Assembly: GCA_964373715.1 (NCBI GenBank)
Contig: CAYJVR010000002.1
Span: 5,714-69,713, forward strand
DNA: 64,000 nucleotides
Reading direction: 5' to 3'
Source: an uncultured Planctomycetia bacterium
GTDB lineage: Bacteria > Omnitrophota > Gorgyraeia > 1-14-0-20-64-10
The stretch's first letter is position 1. Each line of letters starts with the position of its first letter. The notes beneath the pieces were generated by a model, which saw nothing but the letters and a program-made list of their open reading frames with translations, was not told the origin of the DNA and searched no databases. Below are positions 56,204-64,000 of the stretch, piece by piece. The position numbers and the translations under genes were made by a program.

Positions 56204-57274
56204 GTGAAATCTTGGGATGAGAAAGTAGTCACGCGCCGTTCTTACGCGACCGGCGATCCGGTCATAGACGCGAAGATTTTGGAATTAACAGCCCCTTTCG
56301 ATGATCCTCAAGACCGCCGGCTCGTCGCGGAGTTGGTTGTTTCCGCCTACCGTCTGGGACGGGAAAAGGCCACCACGCTCGACCTGAAGATCATCAACAG
56401 CGCGGTGAAGGAACTGCGTTACGCCTTTAAGATCTTTAAACCGTACCGCAGGGTCAAAAAGGTCGCCACGTTCGGATCGGCACGGGTATCTCATAGGCAC
56501 CCGGCTTACAAGATGGCGAAGGATTTCGGGCGACTCATGTCCGAGGCCGGCTGGAGCGTTATCACTGGGGCCGCCAGCGGCATCATGAAGGCGGGCCATG
56601 AGGGAGCGGGCCGGGAGGCCAGTTTCGGGCTGAATATCCGGCTTCCTTTTGAACAGGAGGCCAATCCGGTCATCGCGGCCGATAAGAAACTGATCACCTG
56701 CAAGTATTTTTTCACCCGGAAACTGCTCTTTATCAGGGAATCGCACGCCACTGCGCTGTTTCCCGGAGGGTTCGGGACGCTCGACGAAGGGTTCGAGTCC
56801 CTCACGCTGGTCCAGACAGGAAAGTCGGATCCTCGCCCGATTGTTTTTGTTGATCTTCCCGGCAAAGGGTTTTGGAAGCCGCTGCTCAAGTTTATCGGCA
56901 GAGATTTGGTGAAGGAGAAAATGGTATCGCCGCACGACCCGTCTATTTACCAGGTGGCCACCTCTGCCGAGGAGGCGGCCCGGATGGTCCTCGATTTCTA
57001 CGCTGTTTACCATTCGATCCGGTATGTGAAGGAATGGACAGTTCTGCGGTTGCACAGGCCCCTCTCGTACAAAGCGGTGTCGCTTTTGAACAAGGAATTC
57101 AAGGACATCCTCTCGGATGGAGAAATCAGCCAGGGGCCGGCCGTTGCGGAAGAAGGGGATGAACCGGATTTGGAACTCTTAAGCCGCCTTATCCTTCGTT
57201 TCAACCGGAGGGATTACGGCCGCTTGAGCCAGATGATCCACAGGATCAATCAGATGGGGTCCGCGCAGGCCTAA
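56204..57274 (+). CDS. LOG-family protein, PpnN/YgdH-like nucleotide 5'-monophosphate nucleosidase
   Basis: Exact LOG signature PGGFGTLDE plus GAASGIM; ~360 aa with N- and C-terminal extensions as in PpnN; GTG start with AAAGGGGA SD; overlaps the preceding small gene. Confidence 0.65.
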   Translation: MKSWDEKVVTRRSYATGDPVIDAKILELTAPFDDPQDRRLVAELVVSAYRLGREKATTLDLKIINSAVKELRYAFKIFKPYRRVKKVATFGSARVSHRHPAYKMAKDFGRLMSEAGWSVITGAASGIMKAGHEGAGREASFGLNIRLPFEQEANPVIAADKKLITCKYFFTRKLLFIRESHATALFPGGFGTLDEGFESLTLVQTGKSDPRPIVFVDLPGKGFWKPLLKFIGRDLVKEKMVSPHDPSIYQVATSAEEAARMVLDFYAVYHSIRYVKEWTVLRLHRPLSYKAVSLLNKEFKDILSDGEISQGPAVAEEGDEPDLELLSRLILRFNRRDYGRLSQMIHRINQMGSAQA

Positions 57275-58473
57275 AGGCCCGATTTGTGCTGGAAGAGCCC
57301 GAGGCTGGAGGTGAAGCCGTGGATGAAATTCCGGCCCCCAACCGGCCCGATCTCTCCGTTGCAGAAGAAACCGGCGATCGGGCGGTTTCCAATCGCTGAC
57401 TGAATCGCCCGGATGTCGTAATTCGGCTCTCCGTAAAGGTCCCGCCCGCGCCCCAGACAGCTGAAGAGCAGCCCTCCGGCGGAAGGGGAGTTTTGGAAGC
57501 CGGGGGACTGCTCCTGAAGAAGGTGTTGGAGGTCCTCTTTTGAGGTGGCGGCGTCCCTCACCTGGAATTGGACCGTCTGCCCGACGCGGATCTTGTCGCC
57601 GACGGCCAACGCTCCCGAAGAGGGATCCATACCGATCAGGTTCCTGATAAGGAAATCCCCGCGCCGGAATTTATCCTTTTGTTCGTTCATTACGACCCCG
57701 ACGAAAAGGGCCCGTTGTGCCAAGGCTTTGTCCTGGTCGGAGAGGCTTATCAAAAGCGTCCGAAGCGCCTCCACGGCCGGCACCCCGGCCAGTTCCAGCA
57801 GCACGTTATCGTCCGCTTTCGTGACGATAAATGGCCTGCCGATCGGGCGGCATCCTTGGGAGACGATTGTTTGGAGCGCCACGTCGCCGGTGAAAACGAC
57901 CCCGACGGCCCCTTCTTTAAGGGCTTTGTCATTCAGGAAAAGGGCGTTCGGAGTCGCGTCATCGGCGCCGCTGGCCAGGCCCCCGATCAGGGGCATTTTG
58001 GGGTAGGCGTTTTTCAGTGATTCGATAAGCCTCATGCAGTCGCAGGAAAACGGCTCAGGCAAAAGCACGCCGATCGGCTCGTCGCCGGGAGTGGCGCCCA
58101 ATTTTTCGATCCAGAAACCCGGTCCTCGATCCTCCTGGAGGTCCTCCGGGGAGATGACAAACGGGTGCATGTTAACGCGGGGCAGATAAGCGCCGGCCAG
58201 AGAGACGGCCGGCGTGAATTCCAACTCCTGGTCCTTGCCGAGCACTCCGCCTCCGGTGCATCCGATAAGAAGAGGGTTGCCGAGCCGGCACCGGACTTCC
58301 TGCGCCACATGTTGCCAATCGGTTCGGTAGAGGCTGGAAATAAAAAGGAAGGCCGCGTGGCAGGGGTGCCCTTGAAGCTGAGAGAGCACGTCGTCGCAGC
58401 CTTTTTGCAAGGCCGCCTGAGGGTCTTTGTCATCCGAAATGCTGCTGCCAAACCGCATCTGTTCCGTCGGCAT
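57271..58473 (-). CDS. FIST-domain (FIST_N/FIST_C) sensory protein
   Basis: 400 aa, cytoplasmic; two-lobed Gly-rich pattern I associate with FIST proteins. Architecture-level call only. Confidence 0.4.
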   Translation of the reverse strand: MPTEQMRFGSSISDDKDPQAALQKGCDDVLSQLQGHPCHAAFLFISSLYRTDWQHVAQEVRCRLGNPLLIGCTGGGVLGKDQELEFTPAVSLAGAYLPRVNMHPFVISPEDLQEDRGPGFWIEKLGATPGDEPIGVLLPEPFSCDCMRLIESLKNAYPKMPLIGGLASGADDATPNALFLNDKALKEGAVGVVFTGDVALQTIVSQGCRPIGRPFIVTKADDNVLLELAGVPAVEALRTLLISLSDQDKALAQRALFVGVVMNEQKDKFRRGDFLIRNLIGMDPSSGALAVGDKIRVGQTVQFQVRDAATSKEDLQHLLQEQSPGFQNSPSAGGLLFSCLGRGRDLYGEPNYDIRAIQSAIGNRPIAGFFCNGEIGPVGGRNFIHGFTSSLGLFQHKSGL

Positions 58474-58599
58474 GGGGCCATTCTACCATCTTGTTTTGGA
58501 TGCGTGGCCGATTTGGCCCCGGAAGGTGTTAAAATTCTTGTTACCATCCATAAAAGGGAAATCTCGCGGTTCATCCGTTTTTAAAAAGGCAAAAGTCCA

Positions 58600-60549
58600 A
58601 TGGACGATACATTTCAAGGGGCGGCCATCCTCTCTTTTGAAAGCCGCCAGGCCGACACGATGGCGAGGAACATCGCGCTTCACGGAGGACTGCCGGTCAG
58701 CGCCCCCTGTCTTCAAGAGATTCCTCTCTCAGCCAGCCCGGAGGCGGAGGCGTTTTCCCGGATGCTTTTGGGCGGCGAGATAGACGTTTTTATCTTCATG
58801 ACCGGCGTCGGAACGCGGATCCTGCTCGATCTGCTTTCTTCCGGGGATTCCGCCGAGAAGGTGGCTCACGCAATTCGCCGTACAACGGTAGTGGCCCGCG
58901 GCCCGAAACCGATCCGGGCGCTCCGGGAGCGAGGCATCCCGGCGACCATCACGGTCCCTGAGCCGAACACCTGGGTGGAAGTCGTCCAGGCGATTGATTT
59001 CAGCAGCCGGTCGGCCGGTTTGGCCGGCCGTACGGTGGCGATCCAGGAGTACGGATCCTCCAACCGCCGGCTCATCCATGCTCTTAAGGAGCGGGGGGCG
59101 CGCGTGATACCGGTGGCCGCCTACCGCTGGGCTTTGCCTGAAGATACTGGCCCCCTGCTGGAGGGGATCCGCCGGTTGATTGCCGGGAAAATCCGGGCGG
59201 TTCTTTTCACGAATGCCGAGCAGATCCGCCAATTGGTCGGTTTCGCGGCCGAAAAAGGAATGGAGATCCCTTTGCGTGAAGCGATGAAGAAAACGGTCGT
59301 CGCTTCGATCGGCCCGAATACAAGCGACGCGCTGATGGAACACGGCCTCTGTGTCGATTTCGAGCCGTCCCACCCGAAGATGGGGATACTCGTCGCGGAG
59401 CTGGCATCACGGCTGGGGGAACTGCTTAAGCGGAAAAACGGTTCTACCCGTGGTTTGAGCCTCAGCAGCGCTCAACCGCTTCCTCCGATTCCTTCGAGAT
59501 CGCCTGACGGTTGCGGTCGAGAAGCTGTTTTCTTGAAAGCTTGTCGTCGAGAGGTTACACCGGTCACGCCGGTTTGGCTGATGCGGCAGGCCGGCCGCTA
59601 CATGAAGGAATACCAGGAGATCCGCAGGAAGGTCCCTTTCCTTGAGCTGTGCAAGAACAAGGAATTGGTGGCCGAGGTGACGGTTCACGCGGCGAAAAAG
59701 ATCAAGGCAGATGCGGCGATCCTCTTCTCCGATATCCTCGTCGTGGTGGAGCCGCTTGGGCTTGGGCTGGAATACACGGCCCAGGACGGGCCGGTCATCT
59801 CGGGTCAGGTGGCCTCTTCGGCCGATGTGGACCGGCTCGCCGAGATTGAGCCGGAGGAATCTCTCCGGTTTGTTTTTGACTCCGTCCGGCTGACCCGCGC
59901 CTCGCTGGATCCGAAGGTTCCGCTGATCGGTTTCTCGGGGGCCCCGTTTACGCTGGCATCATACGTAATCGAAGGGGGAAGCTCGAAATCCTTTTTCAAC
60001 ACCAAGAAGCTGATGATCACCGATCCCGGCGCCTGGAACGCCTTGATGGAGAAGATCAGCCGGGGACTGGTCAAATATCTCAACGGCCAAATTGAGGCGG
60101 GGGCCGATGCTATCCAGTTGTTCGACAGCTGGGTCGGCTGTCTGACCCCCGAGGATTACCGCCGGTTTGTGCTTCCTCATACCCGGTCGGTGATCCGGGG
60201 GATCCGGCCCGGGGTTCCGGTGATCCACTTCGGGACCGGGACGGCCGGATTTTTAAGCGAGATGCGGGAGGCGGGAGGCGACGTGATCGGTGTTGATTTC
60301 AGGGTCCGGCTGGATGAAGCATGGCAGTGCATCGGTCACGATGCCGGCATCCAGGGGAACCTCGATCCGGTTGTCCTCTGCGGCCCGCTCGATGAGATAC
60401 GCCGCCGGGTCAAAGAGATATTGAACCAGGCGGCCGGCCGGCCCGGCCACATTTTCAATCTCGGGCACGGGATCCTGCCTTACACGCCGGTGGAGAACGT
60501 GATCGCGCTTGTGGAGATGGTCCACGAACTGAGCCAGCGGCCGGAGTGA
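58600..60549 (+). CDS. hemE: Fusion protein: uroporphyrinogen-III synthase (HemD) N-terminal plus uroporphyrinogen decarboxylase (HemE) C-terminal
   Basis: Residues 1-270 show the HemD two-lobed pattern ([17 protein letters not shown]; [15 protein letters not shown]). From ~320 the HemE N-terminal signature [16 protein letters not shown] and the rest of the UroD TIM barrel follow. Confidence 0.75.
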   Translation: MDDTFQGAAILSFESRQADTMARNIALHGGLPVSAPCLQEIPLSASPEAEAFSRMLLGGEIDVFIFMTGVGTRILLDLLSSGDSAEKVAHAIRRTTVVARGPKPIRALRERGIPATITVPEPNTWVEVVQAIDFSSRSAGLAGRTVAIQEYGSSNRRLIHALKERGARVIPVAAYRWALPEDTGPLLEGIRRLIAGKIRAVLFTNAEQIRQLVGFAAEKGMEIPLREAMKKTVVASIGPNTSDALMEHGLCVDFEPSHPKMGILVAELASRLGELLKRKNGSTRGLSLSSAQPLPPIPSRSPDGCGREAVFLKACRREVTPVTPVWLMRQAGRYMKEYQEIRRKVPFLELCKNKELVAEVTVHAAKKIKADAAILFSDILVVVEPLGLGLEYTAQDGPVISGQVASSADVDRLAEIEPEESLRFVFDSVRLTRASLDPKVPLIGFSGAPFTLASYVIEGGSSKSFFNTKKLMITDPGAWNALMEKISRGLVKYLNGQIEAGADAIQLFDSWVGCLTPEDYRRFVLPHTRSVIRGIRPGVPVIHFGTGTAGFLSEMREAGGDVIGVDFRVRLDEAWQCIGHDAGIQGNLDPVVLCGPLDEIRRRVKEILNQAAGRPGHIFNLGHGILPYTPVENVIALVEMVHELSQRPE

Positions 60550-60556
60550 CGGGCGG

Positions 60557-61990
60557 ATGAAGAGGTTCCTCGTGATCGGCGGCGGGATCTCCGGTTTGGC
60601 GGCGGCGCACCGTCTCTGTGAGATCTCCCGCGCTTCGTCCGAGAAGTTTGAGATTACGCTGCTGGAAGCCTCTGGCCGGTTCGGCGGGGTCATCGAGACC
60701 CGCCGCAGGGACGGTTTTCTGCTCGAGGGGGGGCCGGACGCTTTCATCACCGATAAGCCGTGGGCGCTCGACCTGTGCAAAAGGCTCGGCCTGGGAAATG
60801 AGATCATCGCCACCAACCCGGCGTGCCGGCGTTCATTCATCGTTTACAAGTCCAAACTGGTGCCGGTGCCCGAAGGATTTTATCTGATCGCCCCCACCTC
60901 GTTAAAGGCGCTGTTTGCCAACGGCACTTTAAGCTGGCCGGGCAAGCTGAGATTTTTAGCCGACATAGCGATCCCTCCGAAGAAGAACGGCTTGGATGAG
61001 AGCGTCGGCTCTTTTATCCGGCGGCGTTTCGGAAAAGAGGCTCTCGACCGGATCGGCCAGCCGATGATCGGCGGTATCTACACCGCCGATCCTGGCCGTT
61101 TGAGCTTGAAGGCCACATTCCCTCAATTCATCGAGGCCGAGAGCCGGTTCGGGTCCGTGATCCGCGGTTTCTTGCGGGAGGAATCTGCGGCCAGACAGGC
61201 GAGCGGCCCCCGGTACGGTCTCTTTGCCTCCTTAAAGGGCGGGGTAGGTTCGTTGGTCGAGGCGTTGGCGGCGAAAATGCCGGAAGTTTCCCTGCGCCTC
61301 TCATCGCCGGTCGTGCGTCTTCAGCCTGGCGACAGATGGACGGCGGTCTTGTCCGGAGGCGGAGTTCTTGAGGCGGATGCCGTCTGCGCGGCGCTTCCTG
61401 CCCGTCAGGCGGCCGGCCTTCTTGAATCGTTTGATCCCCAGACGGCGCGCCGGCTGAAAGAAGCGTCCGCCGAATCGGTGGCCACCGTCAACATGGCGTT
61501 CCGGAGGAAAGAGATTCCCCATTCTCTGGAAGGATTCGGGTTTGTCGTTCCCGCGGTCGAAAAAGCGAGTCTCATCGGCTGCACCTTCTCGAGCGTCAAG
61601 TTCTCTCAGAGGGCTCCTGAAGGGATGGTCCTTCTCCGTGCGTTTGTCGGGGGGCCGTTCCAGAAAGAGATGATGGTGAAGGATGACCTCTCGCTGGAAA
61701 GAACAGTGCTCGAGGGTCTGCGCCGCACGCTTGGCATTGAAGCGCCCCCCCGGTTCGTCTCGATACAGCGCTACCACGAAGCGATGCCGGTCTATACGGT
61801 CGGCCACCTCGATTGGGTGGAGGCTCTGGAAAAAGAATTGTCGAAGCATCCGGGTCTTTACGTGACGGGCGGCAGTTACCGGGGCGTCGGGATACCGGAC
61901 TGCATTCGCCAGGCCGAGGCGGCCGCAGAGCGGATGGCCGCGCAATCGGCGGACAGCCCGCGCGCAAGGGGAATGGCTCATGGGGTTTGA
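60557..61990 (+). CDS. hemY: Protoporphyrinogen/coproporphyrinogen oxidase (HemY/CgoX-type FAD oxidase)
   Basis: FAD motif VIGGGISGLAAA; ~477 aa; sits between hemE and hemH. Confidence 0.8.
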   Translation: MKRFLVIGGGISGLAAAHRLCEISRASSEKFEITLLEASGRFGGVIETRRRDGFLLEGGPDAFITDKPWALDLCKRLGLGNEIIATNPACRRSFIVYKSKLVPVPEGFYLIAPTSLKALFANGTLSWPGKLRFLADIAIPPKKNGLDESVGSFIRRRFGKEALDRIGQPMIGGIYTADPGRLSLKATFPQFIEAESRFGSVIRGFLREESAARQASGPRYGLFASLKGGVGSLVEALAAKMPEVSLRLSSPVVRLQPGDRWTAVLSGGGVLEADAVCAALPARQAAGLLESFDPQTARRLKEASAESVATVNMAFRRKEIPHSLEGFGFVVPAVEKASLIGCTFSSVKFSQRAPEGMVLLRAFVGGPFQKEMMVKDDLSLERTVLEGLRRTLGIEAPPRFVSIQRYHEAMPVYTVGHLDWVEALEKELSKHPGLYVTGGSYRGVGIPDCIRQAEAAAERMAAQSADSPRARGMAHGV

Positions 61991-62906
61991 CCATATTTTC
62001 CTGATTGGTTTCGGCGGCCCTGCCCAGCCCGAGGATGTGCTCCCTTTTCTTCAGGTGGTGACGAAAGGGACGAATGTGCCGGAGGCTCGTTTGAAGGAGG
62101 TTGCCCATCATTATGAGCAGACGGGCGGCTTCTCCCCGTATAACGAGCATGCGTTCCGGTTGACGGACAGCCTCAAGAAAAGCCTTGAGGCGGCGGGTGT
62201 CGTGCTGCCTGTTTTCATCGGCATGCGGAACTGGCACCCTTTCCTTAAGGAGACTCTTCTTCAAATCTCGCAGAAAGGTTTGAAGAAAGGCCTCGGAGTG
62301 ATTCTGGCCCCCCACCGCTCCTATTCGAGTTTCGAGAAATACACCGTCAGCCTTGAGGAAGCCCAGAGAGAGACCGGGACGTCCGCCATCCGGTACGGCT
62401 ATCTCGGCCCCTGGCACACCCACCCGTTTTTTATCGCGGCGCATGCCGACCATATCCGGAAAATTCTCGACCCGCTTGATCCGAAAGAAAGGAATGCCAC
62501 CCAGCTTATCTTCTGCGCCCACTCGATCCCGGCAGAGATTGCCGGCAGATCGAGATACGCTGAAGAATTCAAGGAGTCGAGCGCCTGCGTGGCCCGGGAG
62601 CTGAAGCACGACGCATGGACGACCGCTTATCAATCGAGGAGCGGCCCCCCTTCCCAGCCGTGGCTGGAGCCGGATATCAGTGACGTGATTCGGGGTCTTA
62701 AGCAAAAAGGGTGGCGCCGGGCGGTGGTGGTCCCGGTCGGCTTTCTTTTTGACCATACCGAGGTGCTCTACGATCTGGATCTGGAGGCGAAGAGTGAAGC
62801 GAAGGAAGCCGGCATCGAGTTCAGGCGGGCTTCGACCGTCATGGACCATCCGAAATTCGTCGCGATGTTCACCGAATTGATCAAAAATAGGGTGGTGGTC
62901 GATTGA
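61980..62906 (+). CDS. hemH: Ferrochelatase
   Basis: N-terminus IFLIGFGGPAQPEDVLPFLQVV; conserved QSRSGPPSQPWLEP; 308 aa. Confidence 0.85.
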   Translation: MGFDHIFLIGFGGPAQPEDVLPFLQVVTKGTNVPEARLKEVAHHYEQTGGFSPYNEHAFRLTDSLKKSLEAAGVVLPVFIGMRNWHPFLKETLLQISQKGLKKGLGVILAPHRSYSSFEKYTVSLEEAQRETGTSAIRYGYLGPWHTHPFFIAAHADHIRKILDPLDPKERNATQLIFCAHSIPAEIAGRSRYAEEFKESSACVARELKHDAWTTAYQSRSGPPSQPWLEPDISDVIRGLKQKGWRRAVVVPVGFLFDHTEVLYDLDLEAKSEAKEAGIEFRRASTVMDHPKFVAMFTELIKNRVVVD

Positions 62907-63270
62907 CCGGCCCAAGTTTGCTGATTGCCGGGTGCGGCTATCTCGGTCTGCGTGTGTGCCGGGAGGCCTCAGCGAGGGGCTGGAAAGTGTGGGGTCTGCG
63001 CCGGAATCCTGAAGCGGCCGGGCTGATCCGCGAGGCGGGCGGCGAGGCAATCATCGCCGACCTTACCGATCCGCGCGCGCTGACCGGCCGGTCCTCAAAT
63101 CGGAGTTCTACCCCTGGCTGGCCCGGCAGGCGGGTATCCCTCTTCCTCCCGCGGGACCCTCCGGTCCCGGCACGAAGCGGATTTCCAACAGGAAAGTCAA
63201 GGCCCTGGGGTACTCTTTTAAATACCACGATTACCTCTCCGGTTTCCCTGAAGCTTTAAGAAAAGGTTAA
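62903..63270 (+). pseudogene. Frameshifted, internally truncated NAD-dependent epimerase/SDR-like gene remnant
   Basis: Frame 1 (62903-63259) gives a Rossmann-type N-terminus LLIAGCGYLGLRVCREASARGWKVWGLRR that decays into low complexity. A second frame from ~63091 to TAA 63270 gives an epimerase-like C-terminus (...KRISNRKVKALGYSFKYHDYLSGFPEAL*). The frames switch at a (CG)4 run at 63072-63080. The whole is ~120 aa versus ~300 for intact homologues. Confidence 0.3.
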
Positions 63271-63326
63271 AACAGCGGTGAAGGTGTATATTCTCGGATG
63301 GGCGGAGTTAAACAAGGAGGAGCACA

Positions 63327-63740
63327 ATGAAAGAGAGTTGCGGTTCATCTGGGGCGTCGTCGTGCGGCGAGGAGCATGTGAAGACAACGGACGTTGCCGC
63401 TATCACGAAGGAGCAGCTGCAGAAAAAGATCCAGGCTGGGAACGTGCAGGTGGTCAACGTGCTCGACCCGAAATGGTACGAGCTGGGATTCATCAAGGGG
63501 TCGCAGAAGATTCCACTGAAAGAGTTGGATACGAGGGCTGGCGAGCTGGATAAATCGAAAGAGGTGGTGACCTACTGTGCTTCCACCGAGTGCAGCGCTT
63601 CCCGTGAGGCGGCCGAGAAACTGGCGGCCAAGGGGTTCAAGGTCAGCGCCTACGAAGGGGGGATCAAGGAGTGGAAGGCGTCTGGGTTGCCAACCGAAAA
63701 AGAGGGATCCGGACACTCCTCCTCCTGCTGCGGCGGATAA
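63327..63740 (+). CDS. Rhodanese-domain sulfurtransferase with Cys-rich termini
   Basis: Rhodanese fold (VVNVLDP...GSQKIP...VVTYCAST active-site Cys loop); N-terminal CGSSGASSCG and C-terminal SSSCCGG; AAGGAGG SD. Confidence 0.65.
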   Translation: MKESCGSSGASSCGEEHVKTTDVAAITKEQLQKKIQAGNVQVVNVLDPKWYELGFIKGSQKIPLKELDTRAGELDKSKEVVTYCASTECSASREAAEKLAAKGFKVSAYEGGIKEWKASGLPTEKEGSGHSSSCCGG

Positions 63741-63778
63741 GAAACGAAGTTTTGGAATCTTAAAAAGGGGGAACGGCG

Positions 63779-63955
63779 ATGGGAGAAGGGAAAGAGTGCT
63801 GTCCGAGCGATAAGCAGGGGAAGGACGAAAGCTGCTGTGCGAAGAAGAGCTGTTGCCCCGGGAAGAAACTGTGGCTTCTTCTTGCGGTTGTGGCTGTAGC
63901 TGTGGCGGCCGGTTTTGTGATGTGCAAGCTGCTGGGCATCTGCCCGGTCAAGTAA
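63779..63955 (+). CDS. Tiny Cys-rich membrane protein (three CC pairs plus C-terminal TM)
   Basis: 58 aa, absent from the track: MGEGKECCPSDKQGKDESCCAKKSCCPGKK then the TM LWLLLAVVAVAVAAGFVMCKLLGICPVK; SD AAGGGGGAA. Confidence 0.4.
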   Translation: MGEGKECCPSDKQGKDESCCAKKSCCPGKKLWLLLAVVAVAVAAGFVMCKLLGICPVK

Positions 63956-64000
63956 TTCAACCCGATAACTTGAGGAGACAACGGAAGATGAGAGGGGCAC

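Noticed and set aside
63271-64000. Slightly lower GC and more AAG/GAG codons at the window end (rhodanese region), considered as possible horizontally acquired DNA
   Set aside because: The composition shift is small (~55% vs ~60% GC). Strong native-type SD sequences are present, and there are no flanking repeats, tRNA or integrase. There is insufficient evidence for an island.
1-64000. Searched for CRISPR arrays, IS elements/transposases, integrases, tRNA/rRNA genes and long direct repeats
   Set aside because: No repeat-spacer periodicity, no DDE/tyrosine-recombinase motifs, no tRNA-like T-arm/anticodon stems in intergenic gaps; none found.

Overview
The window is a densely coding (~92%) stretch of a high-GC (~60%) bacterial chromosome. 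The organism is probably diderm: it encodes an outer-membrane beta-barrel whose last residue is Phe, lipoproteins, and a CcsBA system II cytochrome c maturation pair. I found no rRNA, tRNA, CRISPR array, transposase or integrase. Most adjacent genes overlap at ATGA or GTGA start/stop junctions, so many are probably translationally coupled within operons. The long antisense ORFs in the supplied track are artefacts of the high GC content.

Recognisable housekeeping blocks:
- DEAD-box RNA helicase.
- A phospholipid cluster: alpha/beta-hydrolase, MarR regulator, CDP-alcohol phosphatidyltransferase, cdsA and plsC, followed by a GIY-YIG protein and msrA.
- pepN.
- A LysM/amidase_2 lipoprotein.
- An Elp3-like radical-SAM/GNAT protein.
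- ccsB-ccsA.
- thrH-like phosphatase, a GT2 glycosyltransferase and uppP.
- An acyl desaturase.
- msrB and an alternative-oxidase-like di-iron protein.
- Glutamate dehydrogenase and a tRNA dihydrouridine synthase.
- aceB, aceA and pyk (glyoxylate shunt plus pyruvate kinase).
- nadK.
- glgX and glgB.
- rlmB and a PfkB-family kinase.
- A haem block (hemD-hemE fusion, hemY, hemH).
- A rhodanese.

The regions that look least ordinary:
1. 5.6-12.4 kb holds a putative envelope-to-cyclic-nucleotide signalling module. A TPR-plus-beta-barrel outer-membrane protein and a secreted FecR-domain protein converge, with a 1-nt gap, on an operon encoding a CHASE2 adenylate/guanylate cyclase, an unknown Cys-bearing protein and an MBL-fold protein whose HxHLDH motif resembles class II cNMP phosphodiesterases.
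2. 51.1-54.2 kb holds a c-di-AMP module: cdaA fused to a YbbR/CdaR-like tail, a standalone DHH/DHHA1 phosphoesterase, a small zinc ribbon and an HD hydrolase.
3. A hemD-hemE gene fusion.
4. A decayed slyD-type FKBP pseudogene lying in a 570-bp intergenic region full of hairpins and palindromes.
5. A frameshifted epimerase remnant at a (GC)n tract.
6. A rhodanese followed by a tiny CC-motif membrane protein at the window edge.

All functional calls rest on motifs I recognise from memory, not on database searches.
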